DNA of 64,000 nt from Deferrisomatales bacterium. GTDB lineage: Bacteria > Desulfobacterota > Deferrisomatia > Deferrisomatales > JACRMM01. Under the pieces are notes generated by a model that saw only the letters and a list, made by a program, of their open reading frames with translations, was not told where the DNA came from and did no database searches. Each line of letters starts with the position of its first letter. The stretch's first letter is position 1. This document shows, piece after piece, positions 21,927 to 31,008 of this stretch. A program made the position numbers and the translations under genes. The DNA is taken from NCBI GenBank assembly GCA_033551855.1, contig JAWSUI010000013.1, forward strand, positions 1 to 64,000, written 5' to 3'.

Positions 21927-22424
21927 GTGCAGGTCGTGCAGAAGATCACCCCCTGCCTGTGGTTCGACGATCAGGCCGAGGCGGCGGCTGCCTTCTACAC
22001 GGCGATCTTCAAGGACTCCCGGATCGTGGCCGTGAGCCGCTACGGAGAAGCCGGGCATGCGATCCACGGGAAACCTGCCGGATCGGTCATGACGGTCGAA
22101 TTCGAGCTCTGCGGGCAGGCGTTCACCGCACTCAACGGCGGCCCGGAGTTTCGGTTCAACGAGGCCGTCTCGTTCCAGGTGGACTGCGAGACGCAGAAAG
22201 AGCTGGACTACTACTGGGAGAAGCTCTCTGCCGGGGGGGACGAGACGGCCCAGCAGTGCGGCTGGCTCAAGGACCGGTACGGCGTCTCGTGGCAGGTGAA
22301 TCCCACGGCCGTGACGGAGTTGATCGGCGACCCCGACTCGGAAGCCTCGCAGCGCGCCATGGAGGCGCTGCTGCGCATGAAGAAGATCGACATCGCCGAG
22401 CTCCGGCGCGCGTATGCCGGGTAG
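21927..22424 (+). CDS. VOC/PhnB-like (3-demethylubiquinone methyltransferase-like) protein
   Basis: KITPCLWFDDQAEAAA.FY...ALNGGP.F.FNEAVS...CGWLKDRYGVSWQV; GAGGAGG RBS. Confidence 0.9.
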   Translation: MQVVQKITPCLWFDDQAEAAAAFYTAIFKDSRIVAVSRYGEAGHAIHGKPAGSVMTVEFELCGQAFTALNGGPEFRFNEAVSFQVDCETQKELDYYWEKLSAGGDETAQQCGWLKDRYGVSWQVNPTAVTELIGDPDSEASQRAMEALLRMKKIDIAELRRAYAG

Positions 22425-22457
22425 GAGAGGGCCTGGCTCCGTTCCCGAGGGTGCGCG

Positions 22458-22940
22458 ATGAAACGGGTTGGATGGGTCCTGGCTGTCGTCGTCCTGGCAG
22501 GGCTGCCCGGCAGCCCCTGGGGGCTCAACTGAGGGGGGGAGACCATCAGTCCGGGGGATCGCAAGGTCGGGGTGCGGGGGAGTTGCGGCGATCCCTCCTG
22601 GAGGGAGGAGCGCCTGGTCGAGACCGCGGAGAGGGCTTTCTCGACACCCCGGACCCGACTCTCCTGGACGGGCGCCGGACGGTCTCGACCATAGAAGATT
22701 AGGGGGTATCCATTTGAGTGCGGAAGGCACAAGATGTAGTGGTGCCTGTCCACCAGCTTGCGGCCACGTTCGTTCCCGAAGAGTAGCCCGGGCCGGGCGA
22801 AATTTAGCGCCCGTGCACGACGCCGAGCCCGTTGGCGTGCCCACAACCGGTAGTGTCCTGCGCACCGAAATGGATACCCCCTTTAGAAGATTGGGTCCAC
22901 AACGTCGGCCCCGCCCGTCTCCTGCACTTCCTCGCCCGGC
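22458..22940 (+). pseudogene. DUF2845-like exported protein, disrupted by nonsense codon, frameshift and MITE
   Basis: Signal peptide, then LN*GGETISPGDRK.V...CGDPSWREE; after removing the MITE the frame reads TIEDWVHNVGPARLLHFL, matching the family EW.YN.GP pattern. Confidence 0.7.
22701..22883. mobile_element. 183-bp non-autonomous MITE with terminal inverted repeats and 9-bp target duplication
   Basis: Perfect 15-bp IR AGGGGGTATCCATTT (22701-22715 / 22868-22882) extending imperfectly to about 42 bp; TAGAAGATT on both flanks (22692-22700, 22884-22892). Confidence 0.88.
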
Positions 22941-23331
22941 ACCGCGTGCTGGGCGGAGAGCCTCGCCAGGGAGGAGCGAGCCGGACTTCCTCCACTGCGG
23001 CGGGCAGCCCTCCTGTGTGAACGCGACAACCGCCGAGCACGGGTCCCCCCGGCGGCCCATCCCGCAGGTGCGCCGGCTGGCCGCGGCCCGTCTCGTCCGG
23101 CACCTCGGCGGTCCCCTCTCCCCGCCGAGGCACCAAGCGGTCTCGAGGCACGTTCGATCCGAGACGAAGTCGGTGCCGTCCGTGCGCCTCCCCGGGGGGC
23201 CCTCTCACGGGTGACAGGCTCGTGGGGCCCGAGCGAACCCGTCCTTACCCTTCACCGCCGACTCGGGTACTCTGGAGCTCAAGGGCGCCCTTCGGGGATA
23301 TCGGGGCCGGGGGTGGCGCAGGATCGAGGAG

Positions 23332-24981
23332 ATGGCTGCACGCGGGGCAGATGCGGGGACGACCCGGGAAATCGACGCCCTCCAGCGCCGGGTGGCGGAG
23401 CTCGAGTCGATGGTGGCCGAGCGCGACTCCGACCTGGCGGCGGCCAGCGCGCGGTTGTCGCGCGAAGCCCGGGAACGGGAGCAGGCAGAAGCGGCCCGCC
23501 GGGAGAGCGAGCGCCGGGTTCGGGCGATCTTCGACCAGACCTTCCAGTTCATCGCCATGCTCGAACCCGACGGCACCGTGGTCGAGGTGAACCGCACGGC
23601 GCTGCGCTTCGCCGGGGCCGTACCGGCCGAGGTGCTGGGCCGGCCCTTCTGGGATACGCCGTGGTGGTCCCACTCGCCCCGGCTACAGGAGCGGCTGCGC
23701 CAGGCGGTGGCCTCGGCAGCCCGAGGAGAGTTCGTCCGCTTCGAGGCGACCCACCCGGGCCCCGGCGGCGCGGTCGCCTACATCGATTTCTCCCTCAAGC
23801 CGGTGAAGGACGAGACCGGGGAAGTGGAATTCCTGATCCCCGAGGGCCGGGATATCACCGAGCACAAGCGCGACGAGGCCCGCCTGCGCGAGCGCACCGC
23901 CGCGCTGGCTGAGTCGGAGCTCAAGTACCGCACCCTCGTCGAGAACGTGCCCCTCGTCGTCTACCGCCTGAGCCCGGACGGGGAGGTCCTCTTCGTGAAC
24001 CGGTTCGTCGAGGAGGCCTTTGGGTACAGCCCTGAGGAGGTGCTGCGCGATCCGGGCCTGTGGAGCCGCTGGGTCGATGAGGAGGACCGCCCCACGGTGG
24101 AGGGGTTTCGCGCCAAGGGCGTGCGGGAGGGCCGGGAGTTCCTGGCGGAGTATCGGGTGCGCCACCGGGAAGGGAAGACCGTTCACGTCTTGGATCACGC
24201 GATACCCAGCCGCGACGCCGAAGGCCGGGTATCCAGCGTGGGCGGCATCCTCCTGGACGTGACGGGTCGCGTGAAGCTGCGCAAGGAGAGGATGCGGGCC
24301 AAGGAGCTCGAGACCCTCAACGAGGTCGCCGCGCGGCTTGCCCACGAGTTCCGCAATCCCCTGACCTCCGTCGGTGGCTTCGCCCGGCGCCTGCTGGCTG
24401 GCCTCCCCCCGCAGGATCCGAACCGCCGACTGGTGGAGGTGATCGTCCAGGACGTGGCGCGCTTGGAGGCAATCCTGGGGGTCGTGCTCACGTACATCCA
24501 GCCCCTTGAGCTCGCCCTGTCCCCGACAGACCCCCGCCGGATCGTCGAGGCCGCGCTGGAGGCCATCAGAGGGACCGCCCAGGCCGCGCGGGTGCGGGTT
24601 GAGCAGAGCCCGGCGCCGACGGGCCTATGGATCTCCGCCGACGCGCCGCGCCTGGAGGCCGCGCTGGAGACCTTACTGCGCAATGCGCTGGCAAGCATGA
24701 AGGAAGGCGAGGTTCTGGCCGTGGAGAGCTGGGTGGAGGGGGACATGTTCCACCTGGCGCTGCGCTACCCCGCGCAGGCCGTATCCCCCGACGACATCGT
24801 CGATTTCTTTTACCCGGTCACCTCGCCCAGGATGCTGCAGCGTGCCGAGTGGCTCCCCATGTCGAAGGTCCTGGTCCACAAGCACGGCGGCACGCTCGAT
24901 GTCGCCCTGGACGAGCCCGGCCGCATCGTGCTGCGGCTGGCGCTTCCCCTCCTGAAGTCCTTACGCCCCGCAACGGCGTGA
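23332..24981 (+). CDS. PAS-PAS sensor histidine kinase-like protein with degenerate ATPase domain
   Basis: Two PAS/PAC domains; H-box AHEFRNPLTSVGGF; N-box LLRNA; no DxGxG. Confidence 0.85.
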   Translation: MAARGADAGTTREIDALQRRVAELESMVAERDSDLAAASARLSREAREREQAEAARRESERRVRAIFDQTFQFIAMLEPDGTVVEVNRTALRFAGAVPAEVLGRPFWDTPWWSHSPRLQERLRQAVASAARGEFVRFEATHPGPGGAVAYIDFSLKPVKDETGEVEFLIPEGRDITEHKRDEARLRERTAALAESELKYRTLVENVPLVVYRLSPDGEVLFVNRFVEEAFGYSPEEVLRDPGLWSRWVDEEDRPTVEGFRAKGVREGREFLAEYRVRHREGKTVHVLDHAIPSRDAEGRVSSVGGILLDVTGRVKLRKERMRAKELETLNEVAARLAHEFRNPLTSVGGFARRLLAGLPPQDPNRRLVEVIVQDVARLEAILGVVLTYIQPLELALSPTDPRRIVEAALEAIRGTAQAARVRVEQSPAPTGLWISADAPRLEAALETLLRNALASMKEGEVLAVESWVEGDMFHLALRYPAQAVSPDDIVDFFYPVTSPRMLQRAEWLPMSKVLVHKHGGTLDVALDEPGRIVLRLALPLLKSLRPATA

Positions 24982-25231
24982 CCGGCACGCCAGACCCCGA
25001 TGGGTCACTGGCAGTGCACTCAAGACGGGGTCTTCCGGGGAATGAAGGGTTTCCGCCCCCAAGGACGGCCCGGAGGGGGGCGGACACGGGCGAAGGTTCC
25101 TCCTCTCGGGGGAGGTGCTCTCTCCGGTTGCAGTGCAGCTGTCCCAACGGATGGTACGTTCCAATGGTCGAGAGCGAGACCGGAAGCCGAGTGCCCGGCC
25201 GGGGGAGGTGCCCGCGGAAAGGAGCGACGCC

Positions 25232-25853
25232 ATGTCTTCTCCCCTGCAAGGAAAGCCGAAGTACCTGCTGGAATACCCGCTGATCCAGGCCCTCCTCGGC
25301 AGGAGGTCGCGGCGGTTCTTCCTGGGGGCGGAGCTCCCCGACGGGGTTTTCGCCTACAAGTCGAAGCACGCGCCGGTGCCCCTGTCCGAGACCGAGAAGA
25401 TGCTCCTGGTGGCCGCGTGCGGGGGAAACACCTCCTGGCACCACATGATCTACCGGGGGGAGACGTACGTTCCCCATCTGTCCAACTACGCGGGTGCCGC
25501 CGGGGGGAGGGTGTTCCCGTCCGCCGCCGACTTTCACACCTCCCAGACCTTCTTCACCGACGACGACGGCCTCTACGTGCTCGACATGAGGGACGCTCCC
25601 GCATTCCAGGAAGGACGCGCGGGCGGTACGCTCCGCGGCCCAGGTCCACAGCGAGCGCTTTCGGGAGTGCGCGGCACTGCAGTGCCAGTACGTCTACGAC
25701 ACCTTCGGCAAGTTCCCCGGCACCGTGCCGTCCATGTTCCTCACCATGTACCTCCAGGCCCACCACCTGGACCTGGATTTCTACGACACCTTCTACCAGC
25801 CGGGCTCCTACCCGGAGACCCACCGAGACCACATGAAGAACTGGCACACCTGA
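25232..25853 (+). pseudogene. Conserved hypothetical (nitroreductase-like) gene with internal deletion/frameshift
   Basis: N-terminus LIQALLGRRSRRF...GRVFPSAA; a frame change near 25610; C-terminal FGKFPGTVPSM...QAHHLDLDFYD...WHT* in another frame. Confidence 0.65.
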
Positions 25854-26015
25854 AGGGGCGCTATCGGGGGTGGAGCGGGGGTCCAGGCAGCGGAAGTCGC
25901 GGGTATCGCTTCCGGCACCCAGCCTCAAAGGGGAAACCCCGGGACGGGCCGAGTCAACCCGCCGCGGAACAACCCAGGGAGGGGGTTTTCGGCACCCTGC
26001 TGGAAGTGGCGCAAG

Positions 26016-26044
26016 TTGACGGCCCCCCCCACCGCTGCTAAAAG
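26016..26044 (+). promoter_or_regulatory. Candidate sigma70 promoter
   Basis: TTGACG-17 nt-TAAAAG with extended -10 TG. Confidence 0.4.
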
Positions 26045-26162
26045 AAAGGCCCTCGCTCACCCCCCCCGGCGGAAGCCGGACAGCGGGCACGCAGACGGGT
26101 TCATCGGTTGGTCCATCAAGAGGACGTTCCGCGGCCCACAGCTTGTGAGGAGACGATCTCCC

Positions 26163-26432
26163 ATGACCGAACCTAGGGTTCCAGCTCCCGTACTCGTTTG
26201 CGATATTCTCCCGAAGATGTGCATTGGGTGCCGGCGGTGTGTTTCCTTGTGCACCTACGGCGCCATAACGATGGTGGATACATTGGATGGGGACAAAGCT
26301 TTCGTCGACCCTTCGCGTTGTCATGGAGACGGTCTCTGCAACTCCCTGTGTGCCACCGGTGCAGCTGTATTACGAGGTCAGACAAACGCAGATATTTTTC
26401 GCCAAATTGATTCTGCCTTTCGATCTGTCTAG
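26163..26432 (+). CDS. Ferredoxin-like protein resembling the HdrA/BamE C-terminal 2x[4Fe-4S] domain
   Basis: CIGCRRCVSLC and CHGDGLCNSLC motifs, ending IFRQIDSA; GAGGAG RBS. Confidence 0.75.
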   Translation: MTEPRVPAPVLVCDILPKMCIGCRRCVSLCTYGAITMVDTLDGDKAFVDPSRCHGDGLCNSLCATGAAVLRGQTNADIFRQIDSAFRSV

Positions 26433-26477
26433 TCAACACATGGTTGCACGGTTCGATTTTTCAGAAAGGCAAAGCCA

Positions 26478-27314
26478 ATGAGCACAGCATTTCGCCCTAG
26501 AATCATCGGCTTCGTCTGTCACTGGTGAGGATACGGGTCGGCAGACCTAGCTGGAGTTTCCAGACTACAATACAGCCCCGACATACGGTTGATTCGGGTC
26601 ATGTGCACCGGCCGAATCGATCTCGCCTTCGTGATCCGTGCTTTCGCCAAGGGAGCAGACGGAGTTTTCATTGCGGGCTGCCATCTGAACGAATGCAATT
26701 ACAGTACGCAGGGCAACTTCTATGCTCTTAGCATGGTGGCACTTTGCAAATTGATAATGGAAGAAATAGGAATAAACAAGGAACGGCTTTTCATCACACT
26801 AATATCTGGATCGGAAGGAAGCCGTTTTGCAGATGTCGTGAACGCGTTCAGCAAGAGAATATTTGAACTCGGCGCCATCGGGACGTCTGAAGGGATAGAA
26901 CAGGACGAGCTCGCGTCGCGACTCGACGAAGTAGCCAGGCTCGTTCCGTACATCAAAGTTGAAAAGAGCGACAAGCTTCAAACTCGCCTCGGGAGCGAAG
27001 AGGAGTACCAGCACCTGTTTTCTCGCGAGGAGGTGCAAGATCTCCTGCGCAGACCGGCTTCGTACTACATCGACCCCCAGAAATGCCAGGCGTGCACGGT
27101 TTGCGCCAAGAGGTGCCCGGTCGGGGCGATCGACGGCGGGAAGAACCTGATTCACGTCATCGACCAAGGGAAGTGCATCAAGTGCGGCTGCTGTCTGCAG
27201 GCGTGCCCGCCGCTCTTCAGTGCGGTCACGAAGCTGTCGGATGGACCCGTGCCGAGCCCGATCCCCGAAGACCAACGGACGATCACCAGAAAGAAGAAAC
27301 CGTCGGGCCGCTAG
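26478..27314 (+). CDS. Selenocysteine-containing MvhD/FlpD (BamF-like) protein fused to a 2x[4Fe-4S] domain
   Basis: MSTAFRPRIIGFVCHW-TGA(26526-26528)-GYGSADLAG...RVMCTGRID...GADGV..AGC...C; C-terminal CQACTVC..CP and CIKCGCC..CP. Confidence 0.85.
26529..26570 (+). promoter_or_regulatory. Candidate bacterial SECIS hairpin
   Basis: TAG-CTGGA[GTT]TCCAG-A-CTA stem-loop with the apical G 28 nt after the TGA; a second hairpin GGTC[GGCA]GACC lies nearer the TGA. Confidence 0.45.
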
Positions 27315-27464
27315 GTGTCGCCGGCGGCGGCCACCGGCCAGACACGTGGATTCGTCAACTCGAGATGGCCGTTCCCACCCGTGGTCCGTCAGTGCGAAGC
27401 GACGCGCGGGGTGACGCGGGCGGAGGGGTCCACCTATCGACACCCCGGAAGGAGAGGAGGCGGC

Positions 27465-27917
27465 ATGAAAGAGCAGCCCACGAACATCCGACTCATGAGG
27501 CCTGGGGACTTCGATGCCGTAGTGGCGATCGACGAGAGGATCCTCAAGACAGCGCGTCCGGAGTATTACGAGGTGAAGTTCGAGAAGATCGTCGAGTCGT
27601 CGGACTCCTTGCCCATATCCCTCGTGGCAGAGAACCGAGATGGCTCGGTGGTAGGGTTCGTGATGGGTGAGTTATATATGGGCCAGTACGGTATCTTCGA
27701 GAGTGAGGCCACGATTGACACGATCGGTGTCGATCCACAAGCCCAACAGCATAGTCTTGGCCGACAGCTTATCGATGCCTTTGTGGATCACGTGAGCAGA
27801 ATAGGTGTCAGAAAGATACGAACCCTCGTTTCCGCAGACGACAAGAAACTAACCAAGTTCTTCAAATCCAATCAATTCTCCCCATCCCGGAATGTGAACC
27901 TCGAACGGGCGCTGTAA
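27465..27917 (+). CDS. GNAT family N-acetyltransferase
   Basis: VVGFVMGELY.G.YGI...IDTIGVDP..Q..SLGRQL; GGAGG RBS. Confidence 0.88.
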   Translation: MKEQPTNIRLMRPGDFDAVVAIDERILKTARPEYYEVKFEKIVESSDSLPISLVAENRDGSVVGFVMGELYMGQYGIFESEATIDTIGVDPQAQQHSLGRQLIDAFVDHVSRIGVRKIRTLVSADDKKLTKFFKSNQFSPSRNVNLERAL

Positions 27918-28035
27918 GGGGGGGAGGCCCGGGGCGCCGCGGGGTCCGGTGGAAGCCGGCACGCCGGGTCTTCGGGTGGAAGGCCTTTGAGCGGGGCGAG
28001 CGGGCACCGGGGCCCCGCACACGAGAGGACACCCC

Positions 28036-28722
28036 ATGCGGCTGCGGAAGGAGCGCTCCCAGATCGTCCGCTTCGGGCAGCGCCTGCTCTCGGCCGGCCT
28101 CACCACCGGCTCCGGGGGAAATCTCAGCGTCTTTCGACGGGACGCGTCTCTCGTCGCGATCACCCCCAGCGGGGTGGAGTACCCGGACCTGAGGCCCGGC
28201 GACGTGGTGCTCGTGGACCCGGAGGGGCAGGTGCGGGAGGGCGCCCTGTGCCCCAGCTCGGAGCTGGCGTTGCACCTGGCCTTCTATGGGGCGCGGCCGG
28301 ACGTGGCCGCGGTGGTCCACACCCACTCCCCCTGGGCGGCCACGCTGGCCTGCCTGGGATGGGAGCTCCCGGCGGTGCACTACTTGGTGGGGTTTGCAGG
28401 GAGGAAGGTGCCCCTGGCGCCCTACGCGACCTTCGGCACGCCGGAGCTCGCACGAAACGCAGTCGAGGCCCTGGGGGACCGCAACGCGGTGCTGCTGGCG
28501 AACCACGGGCTGGCGGCGGTGGGCACCACCCTGGCGCAGGCATTTTCAGTCGCCGAGGAGATCGAGTGGGTGGCCCGGGTCTACCTGCAGGCCAAGGCGG
28601 TCGGAGAACCGGCGATCCTGCCGGACGAGGAGATGGGGCGCGTCGTCGAGCGGTTCCGCACCTACGGCCAGAGGGGAGAGGTCCTTTCCCGGGAGGACCG
28701 GCGGACGGGGCAGCAGCGATGA
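28036..28722 (+). CDS. Class II aldolase (L-fuculose-1-phosphate aldolase-like)
   Basis: GSGGNLS, ITPSG, PSSE..LH, VVHTHS, LLANHG. Confidence 0.9.
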   Translation: MRLRKERSQIVRFGQRLLSAGLTTGSGGNLSVFRRDASLVAITPSGVEYPDLRPGDVVLVDPEGQVREGALCPSSELALHLAFYGARPDVAAVVHTHSPWAATLACLGWELPAVHYLVGFAGRKVPLAPYATFGTPELARNAVEALGDRNAVLLANHGLAAVGTTLAQAFSVAEEIEWVARVYLQAKAVGEPAILPDEEMGRVVERFRTYGQRGEVLSREDRRTGQQR

Positions 28723-28828
28723 GGGCCTCCGGCAGCACCCCTTGCCCCGCCGGAGGCCGTCGCTAGAGTTTCGGTGCGGTATACGCGCTCGCCCAGCCAT
28801 TGGCCCGCCGCGAGAGGGAGGAAGCGCC

Positions 28829-29137
28829 TTGAAGGATCTGCACGCCATCTTCACCGAGTTCAAAGCCGAATTTCCGGGGATCCACGAGAAGGAGGCCGCC
28901 CTGGGCCGGGAGGTCCACCTGGCGGGGGGGCCCCTGGACGAGAGGACAAGGGCCCTCATCAAGGTAGCCGTCGCGGGCGCGTCCCGCCACGACCGCGCCC
29001 TCGAGACCCACCTGGCGAAGGCCCGGGAAGTTGGTGCGTCGGATGAGGAGCTCCGGCACGCCCTGCTCCTCCTCATTCCCACCTGCGGCTTTCCCACCTT
29101 CATGGAGGCGTACCAGGTGTACAAACGCGCCGGCTGA
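28829..29137 (+). CDS. Carboxymuconolactone decarboxylase (CMD/AhpD-like) family protein
   Basis: GPLDERTRALIK...H..KA...GASDEE.RHA.L...TCGFP; TTG start after GGAGG. Confidence 0.85.
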   Translation: MKDLHAIFTEFKAEFPGIHEKEAALGREVHLAGGPLDERTRALIKVAVAGASRHDRALETHLAKAREVGASDEELRHALLLLIPTCGFPTFMEAYQVYKRAG

Positions 29138-29242
29138 CCGCGCTTTCCCCGAGGCGCCCTGCCTCCCGGGCAATTGACCCGGGGCGGGACGATTGCTATC
29201 GTCCGGGCCTGCCCCCGCGGCACCCGCAGAAAGGACCGGACG

Positions 29243-30517
29243 ATGCAGGCGGCGCCCCCCACGAAGCAGAGCTCCTACCGCTGGCTGATCTTCTGGATCC
29301 TGGCGATCGGGTACGTCCTCGTCTACTTTCACCGCCTGTGCCCCGCCGTGGTCGCCGTGGACATGATGCGCGACCTGGGCGCCGGGGGAACCCTGGCCGG
29401 CCTGCTGGCCTCGGCATACTTCTACCCGTACGCCGCCATGCAGCTCCCGGCCGGCCTCCTGGCCGACTCCTGGGGCCCCCGTCGCACCATCACGGCCTTC
29501 TCCCTGCTGGCCTTCGCGGGTTCGGTGCTGCTCGGCCTCTCCCCATCGCCGGCCGGCGCGATCTTCGGGCGGGTCCTGGTGGGGCTCGGGGTCTCCATGC
29601 TCTTCGTCGCCACCATGAAGGTGCTCGCCGAGTGGTTCCGCCCGGGGGAGTTCGCCACCATGGCAGGAATCCTGATGGCCATGGGAGGCCTCGGGTCCCT
29701 CACGGCGGCGACGCCCCTGGCCGCTGTGAGCTCTTGGATCGGCTGGCGGATGTCCTTCGTGGCCGTGGGGTTCCTGACCTTGGGGCTCGCGGCCCTCGTC
29801 TGGCTCTTCGTGCGGGACCGGCCGTCGGACCTCGGGCTTCCCTCCCCCACCGCGGGCGCCGGGCCCGCCCCGGCCCCCATCCCTCTGGGGCAGGCCGTGG
29901 CAAAGGTCTTGCGCCACGGGCCGTTCTGGTTCCTGGCCGTGTGGTTCTTCTTCGAGCTCGCCATCTTCTTCGCCTTCGGCGGCCTCTGGGGTGGGCCGTA
30001 CTTGATGCAGGTGCACAGCCTCTCGAAAGCGGAGGCCGGCCGCATCCTGTCGATGCTCGCGGTGGGCATGATGGTGGGGAGCCCGTTGCTCGGCTGGGCC
30101 TCCAACCGCGTCTTCCGGGCGCGCAAACCCGTCATCGTCCTGTGTAGCGCTGTTACCCTCGGGATCACGGCGGTCCTGTACCTCGCCACCGCGGCGGTGC
30201 CGGTGTGGGCCCTCTACCTGCTGTGCCTGGGCCTCGGGATCTCCGCCAGCGCCGTGGTGGTCATCGGGTTTACCACGGCAAAGGAGCTCTTTCCGGTGCA
30301 GATGGCCGGAACCGCCACAGGCCTGGTGAATCTCTTCCCCTTCGCCGGGGGCGCCGTGTTCCAGCCGATCCTGGGGGCCGTGTTGGAAGCCCACGGCACG
30401 GTGGAGGGGGCCTTCACCGTAGCCGGGTACCAGGCGGCTTTTCTCGTGCTCCTCGGGTGCTCCGCCGTCGCCCTCGCGGCGAGCCTCGGACTTCGGGAGA
30501 CGATGAGCCGGTCCTGA
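29243..30517 (+). CDS. MFS transporter
   Basis: 12 hydrophobic segments; QLPAGLLADSWGPRR motif A. Confidence 0.92.
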   Translation: MQAAPPTKQSSYRWLIFWILAIGYVLVYFHRLCPAVVAVDMMRDLGAGGTLAGLLASAYFYPYAAMQLPAGLLADSWGPRRTITAFSLLAFAGSVLLGLSPSPAGAIFGRVLVGLGVSMLFVATMKVLAEWFRPGEFATMAGILMAMGGLGSLTAATPLAAVSSWIGWRMSFVAVGFLTLGLAALVWLFVRDRPSDLGLPSPTAGAGPAPAPIPLGQAVAKVLRHGPFWFLAVWFFFELAIFFAFGGLWGGPYLMQVHSLSKAEAGRILSMLAVGMMVGSPLLGWASNRVFRARKPVIVLCSAVTLGITAVLYLATAAVPVWALYLLCLGLGISASAVVVIGFTTAKELFPVQMAGTATGLVNLFPFAGGAVFQPILGAVLEAHGTVEGAFTVAGYQAAFLVLLGCSAVALAASLGLRETMSRS

Positions 30518-30710
30518 CCTCCGGGGCGGCGGGGTGGCCCCGCTGACCCCAGGCCGGCGAGCCCGGTTCCCCTGCCTCCCCGCCCGGCCCCTTCCGCCCG
30601 AGGTTTCCCGCGTCGCCCGGCCCCGGGGGCTTGCGCTTCCCGGAGACGGTGTTACAAGTGTGTTCAGGAGACACACCGGGCCCCAGGCCCCCTGGAAAGG
30701 AGAGAGGACC

Positions 30711-30941
30711 ATGGCGGACGTATACAAGTGCGAGAGTTGCGGCGCGGTGACCACTGAGAAGGGGCACCTGTGCAAGCCGCAGCAGGTGTCGGACAAGTGC
30801 GACTACTGTGGGGAGACCGCGCAGGACGCGCGGCACGTGTGCAAACCCATGCGCCAGAAGCTCGACTACGTGTGCGGCGGTTGCGGCCGGCCCGCGGAGC
30901 AGGCGGATCTGCTCTGCAAGCCGCAGAAGATGCCCGGCTGA
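30711..30941 (+). CDS. Small Cys-rich protein with three CxxCG-x7-(H/L)xCKP repeats
   Basis: CESCG..HLCKP, CDYCG..HVCKP, CGGCG..LLCKP; AGGAGAGAGG RBS. Confidence 0.8.
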   Translation: MADVYKCESCGAVTTEKGHLCKPQQVSDKCDYCGETAQDARHVCKPMRQKLDYVCGGCGRPAEQADLLCKPQKMPG

Positions 30942-31008
30942 GCCCTACGCGGAGCCCGTCGGCCAGAGCCCCCAAGCGGGGCTCTGTGCTTTTCCGGGTT
31001 CCGGTGGT

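Noticed and set aside
22530..22532. TGA at a likely Cys position of the DUF2845-like gene as possible selenocysteine
   Set aside because: The gene also carries a frameshift and a MITE insertion; a nonsense mutation is more likely
25854..26162. GC-rich structured leader as possible riboswitch
   Set aside because: No conserved aptamer motif recognised by eye; would need an Rfam scan
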